Origin: an uncultured Candidatus Sumerlaeota bacterium
GTDB lineage: Bacteria > CAYMEV01
DNA length: 43,083 nucleotides
Assembly (NCBI GenBank): GCA_964389675.1
Contig: CAYMEV010000008.1
Span: 1-43,083 of the forward strand
Direction: 5' to 3'
The notes below the pieces were generated by a model. The model ran no database searches. It saw only the letters and a list, made by a program, of their open reading frames with translations, and was not told where the DNA came from. The position numbers and the translations under genes are program-made. The number at the start of each line of letters is the position of its first letter. Within the stretch, counting starts at the first letter, position 1. Of this stretch, positions 37,293-43,083 are shown in pieces.

Positions 37293-39815
37293 TTATTCAG
37301 CCTTAGGTTTATCGAGGGCTTCTCTAATCTTTTTGGAAAGCGTCTTCATTTTGAAGGGTTTTTGTATAAACCCCCTGCAGCCGCGCTGGAATATCTGTTC
37401 TGCCTGGCCATCCAGGCTGTACCCGCTTGAAAGGATCACCTTTATATCCTCCCTGATATCCTTAAGACAGTCAAATACTTCGCTCCCGCTCATTCCAGGC
37501 ATTATCATATCAAGGATAACAATATCGATCTCATTCTGACGGGCTTTAAATATTTCAATTGCTTCCTGGCCGTTCACAGCTGTAAGGACTCTATAACCAA
37601 GGTTCTTGAGCATGCTGGTCCCAACCTGTATTATCATTTCTTCATCATCTATGAACAGAACAGTTTCTGAACCGGCAAGAATCTCTACCTGTTCAGATAC
37701 AGCTTCTTTTAGAACGGACTTGTCTGATGCCGGCAGATAGATGCAGAAGGTGGAACCCTTGCCCTTTTCGCTGGTCACTGTTATAAAACCGTTGTGATTC
37801 TGGATTATCCCATAGGCAGATGCAAGGCCAAGCCCTGAACCGCGAGACATTTCCTTCGTGGTGAAAAAAGGCTCAAATAGGCGATGTTTAATGTTTTCAT
37901 CAATGCCGGTGCCGGTATCCCTTACGGATATCATTACATATTTTCCGGCTGAGACATGATACTGGTCTGCAAAATCTTCTTCCAGCAAGACTGACTCGCT
38001 CATAATATAAAGGTCTCCGCCTGAAGGCATAGCCTGCCATGCATTTACATAGAGATTCAGCAGGACCTGCTCTATCTGGCTCTGGTCAGCCTCAACGACA
38101 CAGCTGCCTTTTCCATATACGGTGTGTATGACTATCTCTTTTTTTGTATGGCTGAACATCTCAGTGGTCTTCTCTATGAGAGAATTAATATCTGTGGCTT
38201 TTACCTCATACTTGCCGCCCCTTGCAAAGCCCAGAAGCTGGCGGGTCAGCTCTGACCCGCTCTGAACGCACTTCTCAATATTGCGCAGGTTCTTATAACG
38301 GGGATGGGCAGTATTGATGTCAGAATACATCAGAGCAGCATTACCCTGTATTGCCATCAGAAGGTTGTTAAAATCATGGGCGATCCCACCGGCCAGCGTG
38401 CCAAGCGACTCCATCTTCTTTGCATGGACAAGCTGTGCTTCAAGCCTTTTTCTTTCGGTTATATCGCGGGCTATTCCATGGAAACCTGTTGGCTTTCCTT
38501 CTACGTTCTTCTTCAGAGTGACTGATATTTCAATGCAGATGGATTCCCCGCCTCTGGTTATTGCCTCCCATTCAAGCTGTTTAACCGGCTTGCCTGTTTT
38601 ATATATATCCTTAAATTTTTCATACAGGTATTTCTGCCAGGGAGGTTTTGCGAAATTCTTGAAATTCATTCCCTGCAGCTCTTCTTTTGTATAACCGGAT
38701 ATCCTGCACAGCTGGTCATTAAAAAATACCACATAACCGGCTAGATCAAGTTCAAAGTAAATATCCTCTATGTTTTCAAGTATGTTGCGGTATTTCTCTT
38801 CACTGATGCGCATGGCTTCCTCAGATCTTTTCCTGTCTGTTATGTCAATTACTGATATGATCCCTGCAGGTTTCCCTCCCATGATCGTCGATGCACCTGA
38901 CAGGTCGACCCATTTTTCTCTGCCATCTTTGCAGATTATCTTAAACTCATACCTTCTTTCAGCAGGCTTGCCCTTCTGCCTGTCCTCACCCCTCTGCTTG
39001 ATCAGGTCTTTATAATCGGGATGCACTATGTCCCAGAAGTTCATTCTAAGCAGTTCATCCTGAGGATATCCGCTTATCTCCTGCGCTGCAGGGTTTGCAT
39101 ATACCCACTTGTCATCCTGGTAAAGCATGATAGCGGTCGGAGTGGAATCTGCCAGCACCCTGAATTTTTCCTCGCTCTCACGCAGTGCCGTTTCAACTTC
39201 TTTTCTGCTGGTGATATCCCTTGCTATCCCGATCCTTCCGGTAGGCTTGCCGCTATCATCAAACATGGTTGCTACATTGGCCTCAAAGCTGGTTTTCTCA
39301 CCCTGTTTGCCGATTACCTCTATCTCATATGCTGGGACTTTTTCTCCTGCTATCCCCCTTTTAAAATTTCTGAGAGCTTTTTCCCTGCTTTCAGGAGACA
39401 AAATATCCTGGAAAGGCCTGTTAATGAGTTCATCTCTCCGGTAACCAAGCCCCTTTTCAGACTCAGGATTGAGGTATATAAAGGTTCCCTTCTTATCAAG
39501 GATAAATACGACATCATTGAGTGTCTCGACAAGGGTCCTGTATCTGACCTCGCTGTCGCCAAGAGCCCTTTCAATATTTTTGCCTTTTGACAGAAGATGG
39601 TGGGCAAATATGCCGATCAGTATAAATATTAAGACAAAAAAAAGGCGGGTTGACCATACATGGGGCTGATCAGGGAAAATATGGGATTTAAGGCCCTGTC
39701 CGGGAAATAAATAATAGTGTATTATTGATTCTGCAATCCAGTAGAAAACCCCTAATAAAACCCCTATAAATATGAGGCAATCAGAAATATTTCTCTTTTT
39801 CTGAACCTTTTTCAT
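37293..39815 (-). CDS. Hybrid sensor histidine kinase/response regulator (2 TM, 3 PAS, HisKA, HATPase, REC)
   Basis: Three PAS/PAC units ending RDIT.RK/IDITDRK; LAGGIAHDFNNLL; NLYVNAWQAM; DTGTGI; FEPFFTTK; GLGL; REC FIDDE...ILDMIMP...QKPF. Confidence 0.95.
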   Translation of the reverse strand: MKKVQKKRNISDCLIFIGVLLGVFYWIAESIIHYYLFPGQGLKSHIFPDQPHVWSTRLFFVLIFILIGIFAHHLLSKGKNIERALGDSEVRYRTLVETLNDVVFILDKKGTFIYLNPESEKGLGYRRDELINRPFQDILSPESREKALRNFKRGIAGEKVPAYEIEVIGKQGEKTSFEANVATMFDDSGKPTGRIGIARDITSRKEVETALRESEEKFRVLADSTPTAIMLYQDDKWVYANPAAQEISGYPQDELLRMNFWDIVHPDYKDLIKQRGEDRQKGKPAERRYEFKIICKDGREKWVDLSGASTIMGGKPAGIISVIDITDRKRSEEAMRISEEKYRNILENIEDIYFELDLAGYVVFFNDQLCRISGYTKEELQGMNFKNFAKPPWQKYLYEKFKDIYKTGKPVKQLEWEAITRGGESICIEISVTLKKNVEGKPTGFHGIARDITERKRLEAQLVHAKKMESLGTLAGGIAHDFNNLLMAIQGNAALMYSDINTAHPRYKNLRNIEKCVQSGSELTRQLLGFARGGKYEVKATDINSLIEKTTEMFSHTKKEIVIHTVYGKGSCVVEADQSQIEQVLLNLYVNAWQAMPSGGDLYIMSESVLLEEDFADQYHVSAGKYVMISVRDTGTGIDENIKHRLFEPFFTTKEMSRGSGLGLASAYGIIQNHNGFITVTSEKGKGSTFCIYLPASDKSVLKEAVSEQVEILAGSETVLFIDDEEMIIQVGTSMLKNLGYRVLTAVNGQEAIEIFKARQNEIDIVILDMIMPGMSGSEVFDCLKDIREDIKVILSSGYSLDGQAEQIFQRGCRGFIQKPFKMKTLSKKIREALDKPKAE

Positions 39816-40011
39816 TCTGTCTTCACCCGAAATCGCATTTATTATTAATTGCTGATATTTATACGCTGATTCAAATATTAATTATAATCGCTTCAATTGC
39901 TGAAGTCAATAAGCATATTAGAAGAAAACAGCTTCGCGTTTATTTAGTATTTTTCATTGCAATCAAAAGCCATGAGAATTTCCAGATATTTAAGGATTAT
40001 TCTACTCTCTG

Positions 40012-40731
40012 CTACCTGCTGCAGGGGCAGAACCTCTTATATCCGCAGAAAAATGCGGGATAAGCAGCCGTTACACCGTAAAATATCATGGGTTTTTCAC
40101 TCTGGAGACCGCTGAATGTCTTATTTACGAACAGAGATCCGGTCGCCAGGATTATATCGGCCCATTTTAGGATATCAGGGGTTTTCTCGGGGCCTTCGAT
40201 CTGCATTCCGAACCTTTCTTTTCCTATATTGTCTCTGTCAAGGTCCGCCGCCCTTAAGCTGAATCTCTTTGATAATACTTCAAGCATGGCAGGCTGGTAG
40301 CCAATAAATGCAATTTTTGGGCTTCCATAATTTTTTATGATAAAGCCCAAAAGCTTCTCTGAACATATTTTCGGCTCTTCATTCCTGCAGTGGACAGTAC
40401 TGCTTATGATGCTGAAATGGCGCATTACAGCATTCAGGCCTGCAATGAAGATACCCCTGGAACAATTGTTATTGAGGCTTATATCAAGAAATTCACTTAT
40501 ACTGCCCTCAAAAACACCTGGCATATCGGTGAATGCCTGTCCCTTTGACCCTTTAAAATCAGCCTCTATCATGGCTTCCTTACCCTTAAGCAGTGGAAAA
40601 TCCCTGCGGTGGGGATTCCCTATGGCTTCCTTCGGGGTCAGGGGCCTGGCTGAGACGATCTTTATCGTTTCATTTAATGAGCATTGAAGCCTTTTTTTCA
40701 ATGCTTCCTTAAAAGACTGAAAATAATCCAT
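40012..40731 (-). CDS. DUF364 / Rossmann-like domain protein
   Basis: EAIGNP.R.DFPLLKGKE.MIEA.F.G..GQAFTD; R.IFIA.LNAV; HC.NEEP..C; ATGS..VN.T. Confidence 0.7.
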   Translation of the reverse strand: MDYFQSFKEALKKRLQCSLNETIKIVSARPLTPKEAIGNPHRRDFPLLKGKEAMIEADFKGSKGQAFTDMPGVFEGSISEFLDISLNNNCSRGIFIAGLNAVMRHFSIISSTVHCRNEEPKICSEKLLGFIIKNYGSPKIAFIGYQPAMLEVLSKRFSLRAADLDRDNIGKERFGMQIEGPEKTPDILKWADIILATGSLFVNKTFSGLQSEKPMIFYGVTAAYPAFFCGYKRFCPCSR

Positions 40732-40856
40732 TCTGTTTTAATTTCCCTTTAATTAAGAATTATTAGATCAGAACCAAAATTATTGCAAGCTGAAAAGAAA
40801 GGCCTTTATCAGGTATAGTTTAATCAGATAATAACTGTTTTTTATGGGAAATGACC

Positions 40857-41762
40857 TTAGCTGACCCTGTTTCTGCCATTATTCTTGCTTATATACATCT
40901 TCTGATCAGCTTTATTTATAAGGCTTTTTTTTGTACATCCGGGAAATGAAAGAACAGTGCCTATTGACACAGTAATTTTCAGTGTTTTCCCTCTGCCCAG
41001 GTCCAGAAAACTGCTTTCAACCAGTACCCTTATTCTTTCTGCTATCTGGCCCAAAACCTCATCATTGCATAAAGGCAGAAGAGCTACAAACTCATCCCCT
41101 CCGTTTCTGAAGAGTATATCAAAGGACCTCAGCGAGTTCCTGATTGTATTGGCGGCCATCCTGAGCACCTGGTCGCCGGCCTCATGCCCGTATCTGTCAT
41201 TGACTTCCTTAAAGTTATCTATATCTATATAAAGGACTCCAAACCGGGAATCATAAAGCCTGAAGTGTTCATAAAGCCTGTCAAGGTAGAGCTCTCCGTA
41301 TTTTCTGTTCCCAATTCCTGTCAGATGGTCCCTGTAAACTTCCTTTTTTACCTTCTCCAGTTCAGTAAGTATGCTCCTGTCATGAGAAATTTCAGTAAAG
41401 AACTCTATTGCACCATTTATTTTGCCCTGATTGTCATATACCGGCTGAATCCTTACCCTGACGGGGACCCTGTGGCCGTCCTTATGATGCAGGTATATTT
41501 TCATCTCATTATGAGAAGCTCCTGAAATAACGAGTGCAAGAGGGCATCCTGTGGTACAAAGCTCCCTTCCAAGATCGTCAACATGCTTCAGGATATTGTC
41601 AGCACACCTCTTCCCCGTTATCTCTTTCCTCTTAAAGCCTGTAATAATCTCTGCACCAGTATTCCAGTAGACGATCCTCCTCTCCCTGTCAACAATATAT
41701 ACACCCTCAAAGAGACTGTCCAGCAGATCGGCTGTAGATCCTGAATTAAGGTCAATTATCAA
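40857..41762 (-). CDS. PAS-domain diguanylate cyclase
   Basis: PAS (EGVYIVD...YWN.GAE.ITG), DHLTGIGNR, DIDNFKEVNDRYGH..GD, RSFD I-site, GGDEF. Confidence 0.95.
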   Translation of the reverse strand: MIIDLNSGSTADLLDSLFEGVYIVDRERRIVYWNTGAEIITGFKRKEITGKRCADNILKHVDDLGRELCTTGCPLALVISGASHNEMKIYLHHKDGHRVPVRVRIQPVYDNQGKINGAIEFFTEISHDRSILTELEKVKKEVYRDHLTGIGNRKYGELYLDRLYEHFRLYDSRFGVLYIDIDNFKEVNDRYGHEAGDQVLRMAANTIRNSLRSFDILFRNGGDEFVALLPLCNDEVLGQIAERIRVLVESSFLDLGRGKTLKITVSIGTVLSFPGCTKKSLINKADQKMYISKNNGRNRVS

Positions 41763-41955
41763 TCTTTATCACCCCTGATAATAATACATTTTATAATACG
41801 TTCTTTCATAACCTGGTGTTTTCTTAACAATATCTGATCCATGAGTCATTATAGTCACTTTTTATATTAAATGGGATACTAAAGTCCATATCATTTCATG
41901 AGATCCCTGCATATTGCTCTATCAGAAACAATAATACTTCATCCCTGATAACAGT

Positions 41956-42723
41956 TTATTCATGCTCTAATTCAATCATGACCGGGCAGTGGTCAGAACC
42001 ATGAACATCGTCAAGGATAAGGGATTTTTTTATCCCTGGAAGAAATTCCTCATTACAGAAAAAGTAGTCAAGCCTCCACCCTACATTCCTTTCCCGCGCC
42101 CTTGTCTTATAATCCCACCAGGTATACCTGCCCGGCCCTTTGTCAAAATGCCTGAACACATCAGCAAAGCCATGCTCTATTACCCTTGTAATCCAGTCCC
42201 TCTCAACAGGCAGGAATCCTGATGTATTTTCATTCTCTTTAGGCCTTGCAAGGTCTACAGGCTTGTGTGCGGTATTCACATCACCGCAGAAGATAATGTT
42301 TTTCCCGCTTTTTTTTAAGGAATCTATGTAAAAAAGGAATGACTCATAGAACCTGAGCTTGTAATCCAGCCTTGCCTCAGACATATTGCCGTTCGGAAAA
42401 TAAATGTTAAGCAGAATATAGCTTCCATAATCACACCCTATAAGGCGCCCTTCGCTGTCAAAACTGCCATCGGAGAATGTCCTTATTATCCCTTCCGGTT
42501 TGAGTTTTGTAAAGATAGCTACTCCGCTGTATCCCTTTTTTTCAGCACAGGCATAGTACCTGTGATAGCCTGAATTTTCAAGGCTGAAATCATCAAGTTT
42601 ATCCTCTGAGACCTTTGTTTCCTGGATGCACAGTATATCCGGCCTATATTCCTTCAGCCAGTCCTCAAAGCCCTTTTTCAGGATTGCCCTGATGCCGTTT
42701 ACATTCCATGATACTATATTCAT
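41956..42723 (-). CDS. xth: Exodeoxyribonuclease III
   Basis: Start moved to ATG 42723 (MNIVSWNVNGIRA); CIQETK, GYSGVA, EGR, YFPNG, GDVNTAH, GWRLDYF, GSDHCPV. Confidence 0.95.
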   Translation of the reverse strand: MNIVSWNVNGIRAILKKGFEDWLKEYRPDILCIQETKVSEDKLDDFSLENSGYHRYYACAEKKGYSGVAIFTKLKPEGIIRTFSDGSFDSEGRLIGCDYGSYILLNIYFPNGNMSEARLDYKLRFYESFLFYIDSLKKSGKNIIFCGDVNTAHKPVDLARPKENENTSGFLPVERDWITRVIEHGFADVFRHFDKGPGRYTWWDYKTRARERNVGWRLDYFFCNEEFLPGIKKSLILDDVHGSDHCPVMIELEHE

Positions 42724-42740
42724 AGGCCTGATCCTTCTTT

Positions 42741-43083
42741 TCAGTCCTTTATCCTGAAATATCTTACTGCCAGGAAAGTGGAAACAAATCCCCATCCCAG
42801 AAGCACGAGGAGATTGGGGATTATATCAGCCAGCCCCTTATTAAAGAAGATTATCTTATGGAATGAATCCATTGCCCAGTAGGCAGGCGATATCATTGCT
42901 ATCTTCTTGAAAGTCTCGGGTACAACCTCTATAGGCCACCAGCATCCTCCAAGAGCTGAAAATATATTCGCAGCAAGGACTGATATCCCTACAATAAGGT
43001 CTTCCTTTCCTACCACAGAACCGACAAAGATACCGAGAGATGCAATAGTTGCAGAAAAAACAGCAACATTAAGAAGAAAAAGG
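42741..43083 (-). CDS. ABC-2 type transporter permease, C-terminal part (5' end outside window)
   Basis: LGGCWWPIEVVP....IA.ISP.YWAMD motif and TM segments; frame open to the window edge. Confidence 0.85.
   Translation of the reverse strand, partial: LFLLNVAVFSATIASLGIFVGSVVGKEDLIVGISVLAANIFSALGGCWWPIEVVPETFKKIAMISPAYWAMDSFHKIIFFNKGLADIIPNLLVLLGWGFVSTFLAVRYFRIKD

Overview
AT-rich bacterial chromosomal segment (taxon not determinable from the sequence) mixing housekeeping and accessory genes. It carries: (i) several secreted beta-helix/FN3 proteins, two of which share a ~350-aa FG-GAP-like C-terminal module, with a decayed third copy behind the first gene; (ii) a penicillin V acylase/choloylglycine hydrolase; (iii) a decayed IS91-type transposase, and an apparently intact tyrosine-recombinase + IS91-transposase element with recognisable ends and a structured non-coding leader; (iv) a GC-richer two-gene island beside a SET-domain methyltransferase; (v) two paralogous Ser/Thr kinase-STAND ATPase-TPR genes in convergent orientation around a Zn-PLC-family gene, a cyclophilin, msrAB and a beta-helix gene; (vi) a molybdenum-hydroxylase cluster whose enzyme ORF has an unusual hydrophobic N-terminus; (vii) a 1.8-kb integrase-less islet (AAA_14/DUF4143 ATPase-nuclease with 33-bp tandem repeats) bounded by a 48-bp duplication of the Mo-enzyme 3' end; (viii) a hybrid PAS kinase, DUF364-like protein, PAS-GGDEF, exonuclease III and a partial ABC permease. 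No rRNA, tRNA or CRISPR array was seen. All family calls are by-eye motif recognition, not database searches.
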